The notes: generated by a model not told the origin, from the sequence alone. Counted from the stretch's first letter, positions 46,972 through 57,702 are shown. The stretch is 64,000 bases of DNA from an uncultured Candidatus Saccharibacteria bacterium (GCA_964434285.1 CAYSUJ010000001.1:304564-368563), one strand, 5' to 3'. Numbers and translations: made by a program.

Positions 46972-48555
46972 CTATGTGCTCGCACGACTCTTCGGCGTGA
47001 CCCAAAAACCAAGATAGCGTCCGGTCATGAGGCGGAACTGCGATTCAAGCCCGGGAATAGAGCTAAAAATGATCATGGTGAACGGTACGAGTATCCACTG
47101 TAACACCATGAGCGCGTGGCGGTATCGCGGTATGTGCGCAGGGCGTTCAGGTAATAGGTACATGCAAATAGCGGCAGAAACAACGAGACCAAACATCGCA
47201 AGCGTGAGAAACGAACGAGCAATGAGAGGCAAATTGTGTGAGAGAACCGTCGTATTGAAGGCGGTACCCCCGACAAGGAGCGGGAGCCATCCGACGGAGA
47301 AGAGAATGATTGGGTGTGTCGCGAGTGACCAAAATCCCTCGATTTGTACGAGCGATGCGCGGATACGCTTACCGAGTGGTATTCGCTTGTTTTTATAACT
47401 CACCCAGAGGATGTAGGCGATGTTTTCTGCGCCATAGGTCCAGCGGCGGTGCTGCTTGTAAATATTCTTTACGGTACCCAGGAAGGTAGGAGCAACATTT
47501 GCATCCATGGACACCGGATATGCCATCGGAACAACGTGGTAGTCGCCGTCGAAGCGCGCAAACATATTCCAAAAAATGCGCGAATCTTCGGAAACAACAT
47601 TGCGCTGCCAATAACCGGCCTCGTGGAGAGATTTAAAAATGACTGCGTGCGATGAAAAGGTGGCCAGCTTCTCCGGGCGCTCTTGCTGTATCATCTGCCA
47701 AAAAGAACTTGAGTATGCGATGACACGAGAAAGCAACGGCGCCTCCCAGATGTTGTTGTGATACAGGGGGACCGGCTGAAATGACGTGCGCTCAGGGTTC
47801 GGAGAGGAGAGCACATGCCAGGTGAGGCACGCGAAATACTGTGGGTACACCACCGTGTCGGAATCAAACGCAGAGACAACCACGTGTTCATAGGGAAGAC
47901 TGTGCTTGTCGAGTATGTATTTTCGGGCTTCTTCCGCCGCGTAGGAGAGGTTTGATCCCTTCCCCGGAATGTCACCCGGAAGGCCGTCCGGATGAACAGT
48001 CACGAGAATGTCGAGGAAGCGGTCCGCGTATTCTTCCTGCAAACGTCGCGCAGTTGCATGATGCTCCTCACCTGCACGTGCTTCTGCCGCAATCACGACC
48101 GCGATAGTTTTCGGATCCCAGTCGGCGTGAGCGAGCGCGTCGATCGATTCCTTCAAGACCTCATACGGCTCGTCATAAAAGGGAAACATGACGAGGTGGA
48201 TAAGGTACGGCTCAGCGCGTGCAGGCACATGCGGCAGATCGTGTAATCTCTCGCGCCAGTTCACCTGCATGTTGTGACGCATGCGTTTGAAGTTGTAACG
48301 CAAGTGTACCGAGAGATAGGCAGTTTTAAAGAGCCAGTACGCAGCAAAGACAATCGTGAGATATGCCGCCCACACGGGCTTGCGAAACGAGAGGAAGATG
48401 AGGATGGCGAGGGTCCCGTAAGACAGGACGCCAGGTAGTATCTCAAAGGCTCTGAAGAGCATACGCTCGCGACCGATGAGATCAGTCGCGCGAGCGATGT
48501 GGAGATAGGAGTATTCTGAAGGAAGTTGGGAGCTGGAAGTGTGTAGCTCTTTCAT
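46972..48555 (-). CDS. membrane glycosyltransferase, family 2
   Basis: PFYDE, GKGSN, FDSD, SED, KQHRRW (QxxRW); N- and C-terminal TMs. Confidence 0.85.
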   Translation of the reverse strand: MKELHTSSSQLPSEYSYLHIARATDLIGRERMLFRAFEILPGVLSYGTLAILIFLSFRKPVWAAYLTIVFAAYWLFKTAYLSVHLRYNFKRMRHNMQVNWRERLHDLPHVPARAEPYLIHLVMFPFYDEPYEVLKESIDALAHADWDPKTIAVVIAAEARAGEEHHATARRLQEEYADRFLDILVTVHPDGLPGDIPGKGSNLSYAAEEARKYILDKHSLPYEHVVVSAFDSDTVVYPQYFACLTWHVLSSPNPERTSFQPVPLYHNNIWEAPLLSRVIAYSSSFWQMIQQERPEKLATFSSHAVIFKSLHEAGYWQRNVVSEDSRIFWNMFARFDGDYHVVPMAYPVSMDANVAPTFLGTVKNIYKQHRRWTYGAENIAYILWVSYKNKRIPLGKRIRASLVQIEGFWSLATHPIILFSVGWLPLLVGGTAFNTTVLSHNLPLIARSFLTLAMFGLVVSAAICMYLLPERPAHIPRYRHALMVLQWILVPFTMIIFSSIPGLESQFRLMTGRYLGFWVTPKSRAST

Positions 48556-48573
48556 ACTGTCATTATAACCCTG

Positions 48574-48646
48574 AGCCGCCTCCCGGACTTGAACCGGGGA
48601 CCTTCTCTTTACAAAAGAGTTGCTCTACCAACTGAGCTAAGGCGGC
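48574..48646 (-). tRNA. tRNA-Thr(TGT)
   Basis: GCCGCCT acceptor stem, AGTTGGTA D loop, TT-TGT-AA anticodon loop, TTCAAGT T loop; CCA not encoded. Confidence 0.93.
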
Positions 48647-48655
48647 GTGTCGGTA

Positions 48656-49057
48656 CTATAGCTGAGATGCGTCGTCTCCGCCATTACCGTTTTTATGTTC
48701 TATAACCTGCTTTAAGAACTGTGATTTCGTTTCTCGCCGCTCAAACGATCGCTTGTGTGAGACAAAATCAGCAAGGAGGTGTGCCTGCTCTGCTGAAACG
48801 CGCGCAAGACGCGCATAAGAAAGTGCAGCGCTTCCCACGATACGACGAACAATACGCGTTGTGAGGAGCGGGAGTCTGGAAATGTACCATTCAAGAACTA
48901 ATATCACCCACTTGATCTGGAGAGCGAAATCGTCTGCACGGTCACGCCACGGAGCGCGCACCGCGCTCGGATAAGCCATTTCGCGTATCTTTATGGCAAA
49001 AAGAATGATGATACCGAAGAGAGTGAGCCCGAAAATGACGAATGCCGTGATAGGCAT
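48656..49057 (-). CDS. hypothetical membrane protein
   Basis: N-terminal TM; directly downstream of tsf. Confidence 0.7.
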   Translation of the reverse strand: MPITAFVIFGLTLFGIIILFAIKIREMAYPSAVRAPWRDRADDFALQIKWVILVLEWYISRLPLLTTRIVRRIVGSAALSYARLARVSAEQAHLLADFVSHKRSFERRETKSQFLKQVIEHKNGNGGDDASQL

Positions 49058-49061
49058 ACGA

Positions 49062-49643
49062 TTATTTTACCGAAAGACGCTCCATCCGCACCACTTCTAT
49101 TTTCTCACCAAATTTCTGGACACCACCTTCGATGAGCTGGCGAATGGAAATATCACCGTTTTTCACGAATGGCTGGTCGAGGAGCACTTTCTCCTTCACG
49201 AAGGCGTCGAGTTTCCCCTGGATCACTTTCTCACGCATTTCTTCTTTGACACTCGCCGCTTCTTCGGTGAAGACTTCGCGTGCTTTTGCTATATCTGACT
49301 CCTTAACCTGCTCCTTCGCAATAAATTCAGGACGCATCGCGGCAACGTGCATCGCGATGTCGTAGGCAATCTGCTGAAATTCTGGATTACGCGAGACGAA
49401 ATCCGTTTCGCAGGCGAGTACGACTGCTCCCACAACCTGCCCACCTGCGTGCGTGTATGCGGCTGCAACACCTGCACCGAGCTCACGGTCTGCCTTTTTG
49501 CCAGCACCTGCGGCTGCAATCTTGCGCAGGATGACAATCGCTTTTTCCATGTCTCCCCCTGCTTCCTCAAGTGCCTTCTTACACTGCATCACAGAAACGC
49601 CAGTTTCGTCGCGCAGCGCCTTTATTTCTTCAGTTGTTGCCAT
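49062..49643 (-). CDS. tsf: elongation factor Ts (short form)
   Basis: IKALRDETGVSVMQCKKALEE, CETDFV, IAMHVAA, LLDQPFVK. Confidence 0.96.
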   Translation of the reverse strand: MATTEEIKALRDETGVSVMQCKKALEEAGGDMEKAIVILRKIAAAGAGKKADRELGAGVAAAYTHAGGQVVGAVVLACETDFVSRNPEFQQIAYDIAMHVAAMRPEFIAKEQVKESDIAKAREVFTEEAASVKEEMREKVIQGKLDAFVKEKVLLDQPFVKNGDISIRQLIEGGVQKFGEKIEVVRMERLSVK

Positions 49644-49655
49644 AGATAAAAATGT

Positions 49656-49757
49656 TCAATTATCAATTTACAATGCTCAATCAATGATCAACGTCCTAAT
49701 TTTCAATAGAGCAAGTGTACCACTCTTTTGAAAATTGATAATTGGTCATTGAAAATT
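49656..49757. repeat. inverted arrays of degenerate heptamers
   Basis: TCAATTA-TCAATTT-ACAATGC... facing TTGAAAA-TTGATAA-TTGGTCA-TTGAAAA. Confidence 0.6.
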
Positions 49758-50454
49758 ATTTGCTTACTTTCTTCCCCTCGGCAATCGCATTCCCAATTTC
49801 ACCAACAACGAGGCCGATTGAACGCACCGAAGTGTCGTTGCCAGGAATCGGATACTGTACCAAAGAGAAATCGCAATCGGAACTTGCGAGCGCAATGACG
49901 GGAATTTTCATCTGATTCGCTTCGTTCGCGGCAGTTTTCTCATGGCGCGGATCGACGACGAAAAGTGCCGCTGGAAGATCCTTCATGCTGACGATGCCGC
50001 CAAATCGCGCCGTGAGCTCGTCGATCTCGCGATCAATCATAAGGCGCTCGCGCTTCGTGTACTTTGAGAGGTCGCCCGATTCGCGATCAGCCATGAGTTT
50101 CTCAAGGCGCTCGATGCGCTTTCGGATGTTCTTAAAATTCGTCAGTGTCCCGCCAATCCAACGACCCGCGACGTGTGGTGCGCCAACGCGCTCCGCGGTG
50201 CTCTTTACCGCACTCTGCGCCTCGTGCTTACCGCCGACGAAGAGGATGGTCTTCCCGCTCTGTGCGAGTCCGGCAACAAACGCGCGCGCATCCGAAAGAC
50301 GCTTGTGAGTCTGTTCGAGATCGAAGATATCAGTGCGATCCTTGGTATCAAAAAGGAATGGTGCGGAAGAAGGATTGCGGCGGGTGCGAGTATAGCCGAC
50401 GTGTGTGCCTGCGTCGTAAAGGCTTTTGATATCAGCGGTTGCGATATTTGACAT
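49756..50454 (-). CDS. rpsB: 30S ribosomal protein S2
   Basis: AGTHVG, ILFVGGK, RWIGGTLTNF, PIPGND. Confidence 0.96.
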   Translation of the reverse strand: MSNIATADIKSLYDAGTHVGYTRTRRNPSSAPFLFDTKDRTDIFDLEQTHKRLSDARAFVAGLAQSGKTILFVGGKHEAQSAVKSTAERVGAPHVAGRWIGGTLTNFKNIRKRIERLEKLMADRESGDLSKYTKRERLMIDREIDELTARFGGIVSMKDLPAALFVVDPRHEKTAANEANQMKIPVIALASSDCDFSLVQYPIPGNDTSVRSIGLVVGEIGNAIAEGKKVSK

Positions 50455-50572
50455 GTAGCGAGGATACTAGCAGGAAAGCCATTTTTGGGCAAGCTGAATT
50501 TGACATGTATCAAATATGGATGTATTATGCTATCAGACTTCAAAGGTAAATCCGCAGTAGGGAGATACGCCA

Positions 50573-50842
50573 ATGAATGCTTCATACGTCCTGGAGCCGG
50601 AATTCAAGATGACGGCCGTCGAACGCAAGCTTGCCACGGAAGCCCTAGCGGAACACAAAATCCGCAAAAACGCTGAAGTCAGCGTGGAACGTCCCCGGGA
50701 CATCAAGGCTGGTGAAGATCGTGATTCCAAGGGACGCTTTGTGCGCTGCTTCGAGATTCGTGGTGGCGACTTCGACATCCTCGTCTTCTACAACAAACGC
50801 GAGAATTGGAACTCAATCAGCTGGAATGCTGATAACGAGTAA
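50573..50842 (+). CDS. hypothetical protein
   Basis: GGGAG SD, upstream TTGACA...TATTAT, followed by a terminator. Confidence 0.55.
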   Translation: MNASYVLEPEFKMTAVERKLATEALAEHKIRKNAEVSVERPRDIKAGEDRDSKGRFVRCFEIRGGDFDILVFYNKRENWNSISWNADNE

Positions 50843-50864
50843 CAAGTCGAGGAAACAATTGTAC

Positions 50865-50895
50865 AAGGTGCCGGTGAAGTAGCCGGCACTTTTTT
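50865..50895. terminator. intrinsic terminator
   Basis: GTGCCGG-loop-CCGGCAC followed by a T-tract. Confidence 0.7.
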
Positions 50896-51874
50896 ATTCC
50901 TCCTCCGAAACCTCTCCACCCTCCGCTTTTTCGAGAGCCTCCAGAATCGGCACAAGGCGACCCGCCATAATACCCTCCAAATTGGACCAGTTTTCCTTTA
51001 TGCGGTGGTCGGTGACGCGATCCTGTGGGAAATTGTAGGTGCGAATCTTCTCTGAACGATCACCGGTCCCTACCTGCTGCTTTCTGTCGGCGGCGCGAGC
51101 ACGGTCGTCTTCTTCGTCCTTCTTCTGCTGGAGTCGGGAAAGCAGCAATTTCATCGCGCGCTCTTTGTTCGCCTGCTGTGAGCGCTCGACGGTGCAGCGC
51201 ACATCGATACCCGTCGGTTTGTGGATGATACGCACCGCGGTCTCGACCTTGTTCACGTTCTGTCCACCTGCCCCACCTGAGCGCGATGTTTCTATCTCAA
51301 GGTCAGACGGATTGATTTCTATTTTTGTGCGCTTGTAGATTGGCATGATGGCGACTGAAGCCGTGGAGGTATGGATTCTTCCCTGTTTTTCCGTCGCAGG
51401 AATGCGCTGAACTCGGTGCACACCAGTTTCGTATTGGAGCGTTTTAAAGACATCCTCGCCTTTTATTTCAAATTGAGCCTCTTTGATGCCGCCGAGCTCT
51501 GCACGAGATTCACTGAGCTTATTCGCCTTCCATCCCCGAATCTGCGCGTATTTGAGATACATTTGCGCAAGCTCCTCGGCAAAGAGAGACGCTTCTTCCC
51601 CACCCACTCCTGCGCGTACCTCCAGTACGATTTCGTTCGGCCACTCACGCTCATTGGGGTCCCCCACGATTTTCACCATCTGCTCAATGATTTGATCTTT
51701 TTGATTTTCAATATCATTTACCTCCTTCTCAGCAAGTTCTTTCATGGAGGGGTCTATTTCTAGGAGTTCTCGCGCATCTTTCTCAGCTTGCAGGAGCTTC
51801 TTCCACTCGAGAACCAAAAAACCGACGCGATGATCCTCCGCGTAGTCCTCCGGATTCAAGATGGGCTCGGTCAT
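50894..51874 (-). CDS. prfA: peptide chain release factor 1
   Basis: [11 protein letters not shown] (PxT), [21 protein letters not shown]; N-terminus shortened. Confidence 0.95.
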   Translation of the reverse strand: MTEPILNPEDYAEDHRVGFLVLEWKKLLQAEKDARELLEIDPSMKELAEKEVNDIENQKDQIIEQMVKIVGDPNEREWPNEIVLEVRAGVGGEEASLFAEELAQMYLKYAQIRGWKANKLSESRAELGGIKEAQFEIKGEDVFKTLQYETGVHRVQRIPATEKQGRIHTSTASVAIMPIYKRTKIEINPSDLEIETSRSGGAGGQNVNKVETAVRIIHKPTGIDVRCTVERSQQANKERAMKLLLSRLQQKKDEEDDRARAADRKQQVGTGDRSEKIRTYNFPQDRVTDHRIKENWSNLEGIMAGRLVPILEALEKAEGGEVSEEE

Positions 51875-51929
51875 GGCAATAAGTATACGCCGAACCCCGC
51901 GTGGGGCGGGGTTTCGTTCGGCACTATCG

Positions 51930-52181
51930 TTATTTCTTCTTGGAAGCGCGCGCCTTAAATTTCTCGACACGACCCGCGGTGTCAATCGTCTTCGACTGGC
52001 CGGTGTAGAACGGGTGCGATGCGCTTGAGATTTCTACCTGGAACACAGGGTATTCTTTGCCATCTTCCCACTTGTCCATTTTGTCGGTCTTTACGGTGGA
52101 ACCAATGAGAAAACGCGCCCCCGAGGAGGTGTCTTCAAAGATGACGTGGCGGTAGTCTTCCGGGTGCAGCTCTTTTTTCAT
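51930..52181 (-). CDS. rpmE: 50S ribosomal protein L31 type B
   Basis: [27 protein letters not shown]. Confidence 0.95.
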   Translation of the reverse strand: MKKELHPEDYRHVIFEDTSSGARFLIGSTVKTDKMDKWEDGKEYPVFQVEISSASHPFYTGQSKTIDTAGRVEKFKARASKKK

Positions 52182-52276
52182 GTGGTGTGTTTATATCAAA
52201 ATAAGGAAGAAGCCGCAAGGTTGTGTACCAACCCTGCGGCTCTGTCGCCGCCTCACAAGGAGACGACGGTTTGTCG

Positions 52277-52555
52277 CTATTCTTCGAAGTTTGCGATGAT
52301 GTCCCGCCTCAAGAGAGTCAAGAGCGCCAGATCAACGAAAGTTACTCCGCCGACCATCATCGCGTTTACGGAGTTGGCATTATCGAACAACCAAAGCCCC
52401 CAAATGACGAAGACCCCGGACACAACGGCAACACCCCGCTGCCGGGACCAAATGGTCTCAGCAGACTCCGGGTTTGCATCCCCGAAGAAGGATGCGAGAG
52501 AGTAAAGATGAAAGAAGACAAATGTGATTATGATGATCACGAAGCTAAAGATCAT
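52277..52555 (-). CDS. hypothetical membrane protein
   Basis: Three hydrophobic segments; AAGGA SD-like sequence. Confidence 0.5.
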   Translation of the reverse strand: MIFSFVIIIITFVFFHLYSLASFFGDANPESAETIWSRQRGVAVVSGVFVIWGLWLFDNANSVNAMMVGGVTFVDLALLTLLRRDIIANFEE

Positions 52556-52597
52556 TTCCTTTCTCCGCTGCTGCCTCGCGCAACTGCGTTAATTAAA

Positions 52598-53863
52598 TCA
52601 TCTTTCTTCAATAATGTCAATCTCTTTTTGGAATTTGTCCGCGAGCCCCATCACCCCGTCGCCATAGAAGGCATAGGCGGGTTTGTTGGCATTGCCCCAA
52701 CCGGCGAAGTAGCGGAGTGCCGCAAGGCGCTCTGAGGCTCGGGTGCCGGCGTCCGCCCCATTGTCGGCCATAAGGAGTCCCGAAGCGAAAATAGCAGTGC
52801 GCGCATCCCACGGGTTAGGCGGATTGCTTCCTGTGATTTGCCCAATGCGTTCCTTATACATGACCCACGTGGAAGGAATGAACTGTGCTGGCCCCATAGC
52901 CCCACCCCATCCATACCAAGGCTTTTTTGAAACTTTCTGCTGATCCGGATCGAGCCCCAGCTCCTCCATCAAGGTCTTAAAGACCGGCACATCGCGCGTT
53001 GGATGCATGTCGGTCTTCCAATTACCAGTACCAACATTCTCACCCAGGTTCGATTCCTGTGCAAGGACACCGAGGATGAGCGCTGGACGCACTCCCGTCG
53101 CCGCTGATGCCTCCTTTGCATATTCGTATGCTTTACCAAACGGGATTGCGCCGGAATCGCGAAGTTCGAAAAGTCGCGCTCGAATCTCGTTTGCCGTTTT
53201 TGTCTGTTCAGTGATTGTGCGTTGATACACACTTTCTTCCCCTTTCGCGAGCTTTACGAGACCCTGCTTCTCACCCTCCACGCGCTCCAATGAGCGCTGT
53301 TGGAGGACTTGCAGTTGTCGAAGCTCTTCTTCTTCCTGCTGCTGTGTAAACAGCGCCTCTTTGCGATCGGCAAGGTCATCGCGTGCAATCGCCATTTCTT
53401 TAAAAGCGGTATCAAGCGCTTCTTGCACGGTTTGGAAATTATCGACTTCTACGAAAAGATCAGAAAGTGAGCCGTTGAGAACGAGTTCTACGAGAGTAGT
53501 GTCGTCAATCTCTCTCGTTCGGCGAATCATCTGTGCAACCGAAACCTGCCCTTCTACAACTTTGGCGTCCAATATTTTGATTGCCGCCTCTTTGTCTGTA
53601 ATTCCGTCAGTCAGGCGTTTGATGGCAAGATTGCGTTGGCGGATTCCCAATTGCGCTTCTCTTATCTCGCCATCAAGGATCGCTACATCGCGCTCAAGCG
53701 ACTGTCGTTCGGCCTGCTTTCCGGCGAGGGCGGATTTATTTTGAGCAATCTCCTTTTCGACCTGTGCAAGTTCCTGTTCAAGCTTGGCGCGCTCCTCTGG
53801 CGTTAGCGCTGCATGAAGGGTCATTGGTAGCAGTAACAAAACCAACAAGAGTAGTTGTCGCAT
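52598..53863 (-). CDS. coiled-coil lytic murein transglycosylase (SLT-like)
   Basis: Signal peptide, long coiled coil, QESNLG catalytic Glu, GAMGPAQFIPSTW. Confidence 0.85.
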   Translation of the reverse strand: MRQLLLLVLLLLPMTLHAALTPEERAKLEQELAQVEKEIAQNKSALAGKQAERQSLERDVAILDGEIREAQLGIRQRNLAIKRLTDGITDKEAAIKILDAKVVEGQVSVAQMIRRTREIDDTTLVELVLNGSLSDLFVEVDNFQTVQEALDTAFKEMAIARDDLADRKEALFTQQQEEEELRQLQVLQQRSLERVEGEKQGLVKLAKGEESVYQRTITEQTKTANEIRARLFELRDSGAIPFGKAYEYAKEASAATGVRPALILGVLAQESNLGENVGTGNWKTDMHPTRDVPVFKTLMEELGLDPDQQKVSKKPWYGWGGAMGPAQFIPSTWVMYKERIGQITGSNPPNPWDARTAIFASGLLMADNGADAGTRASERLAALRYFAGWGNANKPAYAFYGDGVMGLADKFQKEIDIIEER

Positions 53864-53901
53864 ACCCTGGTCAGTATACCCCACTAAGTGCCGGAGACCC
53901 A

Positions 53902-54300
53902 TTATGTCTTCGACGAAGAGATGTCGAGCTCCTTACGAACAACCTCGACAACTTCTGAAGGAATCATACTCGCCTTAACAATGTAACGGTGCGCCCCTAA
54001 TTCTTCAGCGTGTTTTTGATCTACCTCCGTGCTCTGATTCGTAAGCGCAATAAGCCGGGCAGATCCAACAAGGTTCTCTTCTTGAAGATGACTCAGAAAA
54101 GCAAAGCCGTCTTCTCCCGGCATCGAAATGTCAAAAAGAATGGCGTCGGGTCTCTCCCCAGCACGAAGCGCCTGAAGCGCCTCTTCCACAGAGAAGCAAG
54201 AGACCACGGAAAAGCCTTCCTGTGAGAACTTGAGCGCGTACATGTCTAACAAAAATTTGTCGTCGTCAAGCAGAAGCACCTTTTTCCCAGTATCCGTCAT
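53902..54300 (-). CDS. single-domain response regulator
   Basis: LLDDD, ILFDISMP..DG, LTN, YIVK. Confidence 0.9.
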   Translation of the reverse strand: MTDTGKKVLLLDDDKFLLDMYALKFSQEGFSVVSCFSVEEALQALRAGERPDAILFDISMPGEDGFAFLSHLQEENLVGSARLIALTNQSTEVDQKHAEELGAHRYIVKASMIPSEVVEVVRKELDISSSKT

Positions 54301-54313
54301 AAATGGTTGTAAT

Positions 54314-56074
54314 TCACTCGATCGTATTAGTTGATTCAGACTCTTCAGAAGAACTTGACTCCTCACTTTCAACCTCCGCAGAAGGCCCCTTTTGCTCGCC
54401 CCCTTCCTCAGTTTCATCTCCGAGAAGGAGAGGGCTCAATGTGTTAACTTCCGAAAAAGGAACCCTTCCTGCGAACGCTTTGATTATAGCATCCTCGCGC
54501 ATTGTGCGCATACCCTGCTGTCGTGCAGCAGCCCACAATTTTGAATCAACAGGATTCGTGAGAATTATTTTCTCGATTTCACTTGACATTTCCAGTACCT
54601 CAAACACTGCCGCTCGGCCACGCATACCAGTAGGACATGAAGCACTCCTCTCCGGCTCGTACACGTTCTCTGGTATGGGGAATCGATAATGCGATGGCAT
54701 CGTAGCCAGATCGCGCTCAACCGCCATGCGATCTCCATTTGAAAGTGGCACTGACTTTCCTGTCCCGTCGCAGAGCGTCCGCACTAAGCGCTGTGCCATC
54801 GAAAGAATGAGCGTTGAAGGAATGAGGTATGGTTCGACGCCCATATCGATAAGACGCGGTATCGTTCCCACAGCATCATTCGTGTGAATAGTTGAGAGCA
54901 CGAGGTGACCGGTGAGTGCAGCCTGCATGGCAAGCTTCGCGGTTTCACCATCACGAATCTCGCCCACCATTATGATATCGGGATCCTGGCGGAGTGTGGT
55001 ACGCAAACCGTTTGCGAATGTGTAGCCGATTTCGGGACGCACCTGCGATTGAATAATGCCTTCGACATGGTACTCGATAGGATCTTCGAGCGAAAGTACA
55101 TTTTGATGCTCACGATCAAGCTCAGCCAGCATTGAATAGAGTGTGGTTGATTTACCGGAACCAGTAGGACCTGAAATGAGAATAAGGCCATGAGGGCGGT
55201 CAATCGCCTCTCGAATGAGACGAAGATCGCGTTCGGAAAGTCCAAGATCGCCAAGCGGAATAAATCCCTGATCGCGGTCGAGAATACGCATCACCACCTT
55301 TTCCCCCATGTAGGTTGGAAAGGTGGAAACACGAAAATCAATTTGACGGTCATTGAATGAGGCAGAAAATCGTCCATCCTGCGGCTTTCGTCTCTCATCA
55401 AGTCGAATGGATGAGAGCACTTTTACACGCGCGATGATGGCGCGGTGCGTCTCCGATGGCAAAACAACACTCGTGTGAAGTTCGCCATCAACACGATAAC
55501 GCACACGCACGCCAGCGGTCGTTGGTTCAATATGAATATCTGAGGCCTTGCCATCGATAGCATATCGCAGAATCGTCGAAACAATCTTGATTGCGGGTGC
55601 ATCTTCGCGAATGGTCGTCTCACCACTGCCACCACCTCCGCTCGCCAAGGAACCAAGTTCCAATAGATCCTCCTCATCTGAAAAAGCGCTCGAACTATCC
55701 TTTTCTTTACTCGCACGATCGTCTCCAGAGTGGAGATCGGAAAGAGCGCGATCAACATCGCCACCCAACCCTCGATACATTTGGATAATCTTATCAATAT
55801 CCGCATCGGAAACTTTAAATAACTTAAAAGGCATGCCCGTTTTCCGAGCAATGAAATTGAGTGCATCAATTGCTGCGATATTGTCGGGATCAACGACGCC
55901 CATTTCAAGCACGCCCTCATTAACCGCGAGCGGTGCAAACCGATAGTGTTGCGCCGACTCCTCAGGAATATATTTGAGGACGTCGTACGGGATTTTACTT
56001 GAACCAAGTGAACGTTCTGGTATTCCTGAAGAAGTGCCAATCGCCTGGCTGCGCTGGTCATTCGCAGTGGGCAT
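54314..56074 (-). CDS. pilB: type IV pilus / T2SS assembly ATPase (PilB/GspE)
   Basis: ASDIHIEP, PQDGRF, GPTGSGKSTT, EDPIEY, LRQDPDIIMVGEIRD, TGHLVLSTIH. Confidence 0.9.
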   Translation of the reverse strand: MPTANDQRSQAIGTSSGIPERSLGSSKIPYDVLKYIPEESAQHYRFAPLAVNEGVLEMGVVDPDNIAAIDALNFIARKTGMPFKLFKVSDADIDKIIQMYRGLGGDVDRALSDLHSGDDRASKEKDSSSAFSDEEDLLELGSLASGGGGSGETTIREDAPAIKIVSTILRYAIDGKASDIHIEPTTAGVRVRYRVDGELHTSVVLPSETHRAIIARVKVLSSIRLDERRKPQDGRFSASFNDRQIDFRVSTFPTYMGEKVVMRILDRDQGFIPLGDLGLSERDLRLIREAIDRPHGLILISGPTGSGKSTTLYSMLAELDREHQNVLSLEDPIEYHVEGIIQSQVRPEIGYTFANGLRTTLRQDPDIIMVGEIRDGETAKLAMQAALTGHLVLSTIHTNDAVGTIPRLIDMGVEPYLIPSTLILSMAQRLVRTLCDGTGKSVPLSNGDRMAVERDLATMPSHYRFPIPENVYEPERSASCPTGMRGRAAVFEVLEMSSEIEKIILTNPVDSKLWAAARQQGMRTMREDAIIKAFAGRVPFSEVNTLSPLLLGDETEEGGEQKGPSAEVESEESSSSEESESTNTIE

Positions 56075-56077
56075 AAA

Positions 56078-56422
56078 TTAGTTTTGGTCTACCGAGGATG
56101 TCGTGGTAGCCGCCTGCCGAGGTGTCGTTGTTCCCGTTCGCGCAATCGGTAAGAATGGATTCGGACGCCCCACCGGTTCGGGAGTGATCTGCGTACCAGT
56201 GTCGACAAGTTGTAGAAAGGCTGGGTCAGTCAGTATGGTACCCGCAAGTGAGATAGTTCTGAGTTGCAGAAGTGTCTCAATAACCTCCTTATCCTCTGTC
56301 CCTTGAATAGTCAGATCTTCCGTCGTTAAGAGCGGCACCGAAGCAGTGTCACGCAAAAATACGTACCAACCAAGGAAGGCGGCAACAACACTTCCGAGCA
56401 CAATGATGATTTTGGATGGCAT
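56078..56422 (-). CDS. pilus-operon membrane protein (PilP position)
   Basis: N-terminal TM, GRPNPF motif; between pilO and the ATPase. Confidence 0.6.
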   Translation of the reverse strand: MPSKIIIVLGSVVAAFLGWYVFLRDTASVPLLTTEDLTIQGTEDKEVIETLLQLRTISLAGTILTDPAFLQLVDTGTQITPEPVGRPNPFLPIARTGTTTPRQAATTTSSVDQN

Positions 56423-56431
56423 AGGTGCGAA

Positions 56432-56998
56432 TTATTTGAGCCAGTAGGTGCGGAGCGTCACATCGAATCGATATACGGGTTCGTTACTCTGTGCAGAAGT
56501 GTCAGGATCCATAGAGAGCTCTACTAAGTCGACGACACGCAAGCTATCTTCGAGCGCTTGCATAAACTCAACGAATTGAGGATACGACCCTCCGGTTGCG
56601 AACTTTAGTGTGAGTGACCCTGTTGGACTCTCATCAGCTCCAATAACGGCCACATCGGTTGCAATGGGAACCAGTCCCTGCGCATCGATGACGACGTTTT
56701 GCAGCGCAAAACCATACTTCGAGGCAAGGGTATCGAGGTCAAGAACCAGTCGTACGTTATCGACATGATCCGGCAACAGCTTTCGCAAGCGCTCAATATC
56801 AGCGGGATTAAACGCATTGTAGCGAGAAAGTAGTTGCTGCTTCAGGCGCTGAAGTTCATCGGCTTTTGAAAGTGCTGCATCGTACTGCGCGATATCCTCT
56901 TGCGTCGACCGCATGCTGTCATACGCAGGTTTTGTGTAGTAGAGAAACAAAGCAATGGAGCCTATGAACAGCAGGAGTGTAAAGAGTATGCGTGTCAT
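56432..56998 (-). CDS. pilO: type IV pilus protein PilO
   Basis: TM, coiled coil, LLPD, GSY..F..F...LE.SLRVVD. Confidence 0.8.
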   Translation of the reverse strand: MTRILFTLLLFIGSIALFLYYTKPAYDSMRSTQEDIAQYDAALSKADELQRLKQQLLSRYNAFNPADIERLRKLLPDHVDNVRLVLDLDTLASKYGFALQNVVIDAQGLVPIATDVAVIGADESPTGSLTLKFATGGSYPQFVEFMQALEDSLRVVDLVELSMDPDTSAQSNEPVYRFDVTLRTYWLK

Positions 56999-57681
56999 AG
57001 TGATGGCTGATTGCTCGCATCTGACCGCGGTGAAGGAGAAGCTTCAAAAGGCGATAATTCCGACGATGCTTCCTGAGGCGTGGACGGAGCGACAACATCA
57101 ACAGAGCGATATCTCAATTTCTCAGGATCAACGAGCGCTACAAAGTCAAAACGGACCCCTTCTGTTGTTCGATTGATGTTAGAGAAAATGGGGTTCACGA
57201 TGAGGCCACTTTTAGAGAGAAGATCGGCCTGGAGAGCAATCGAGTTGACACTTTGAGCGAGGCCCTGCATTGTCACATCCATTTCTCGTTCGTTCTGAGC
57301 AACGAAACTGAAATTTGAAAACGACACCGTCTGGAGTGTTAATTGTTGTAGTAGATAGAAAATGTCAGAGGGCGAAGTGTGGTTGCCCAAAACAACGTCG
57401 GCAGCTTTCATGCGGTCATCGAGCCGCGTGAGCTCGGCAATCAGTGCCGGCTCAAACGCCTCTTTTGCTCGCTGGAGCTGCGCCCGCTTGCTCTCGGCGG
57501 CCGTTGTTAAATATTGGATATAGAGGAATACACCAACAGCAAGCACGACCGATGCAAAAAAGAAAACGAACCCAGCAAGTAATGCCAAGTCGGCACCCCC
57601 CTTGCGATCGCGGCGCGCACCCATGGAGGGCGAAGAAATCGGTGCTTGTGGTATGAATGAAGAACGAATGTTTGATTCCAT
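56995..57681 (-). CDS. PilN-like protein
   Basis: TM plus coiled coil, located between pilM and pilO. Confidence 0.65.
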   Translation of the reverse strand: MESNIRSSFIPQAPISSPSMGARRDRKGGADLALLAGFVFFFASVVLAVGVFLYIQYLTTAAESKRAQLQRAKEAFEPALIAELTRLDDRMKAADVVLGNHTSPSDIFYLLQQLTLQTVSFSNFSFVAQNEREMDVTMQGLAQSVNSIALQADLLSKSGLIVNPIFSNINRTTEGVRFDFVALVDPEKLRYRSVDVVAPSTPQEASSELSPFEASPSPRSDASNQPSL

Positions 57682-57702
57682 AGAAAGTCCCTATACTTTC
57701 TC

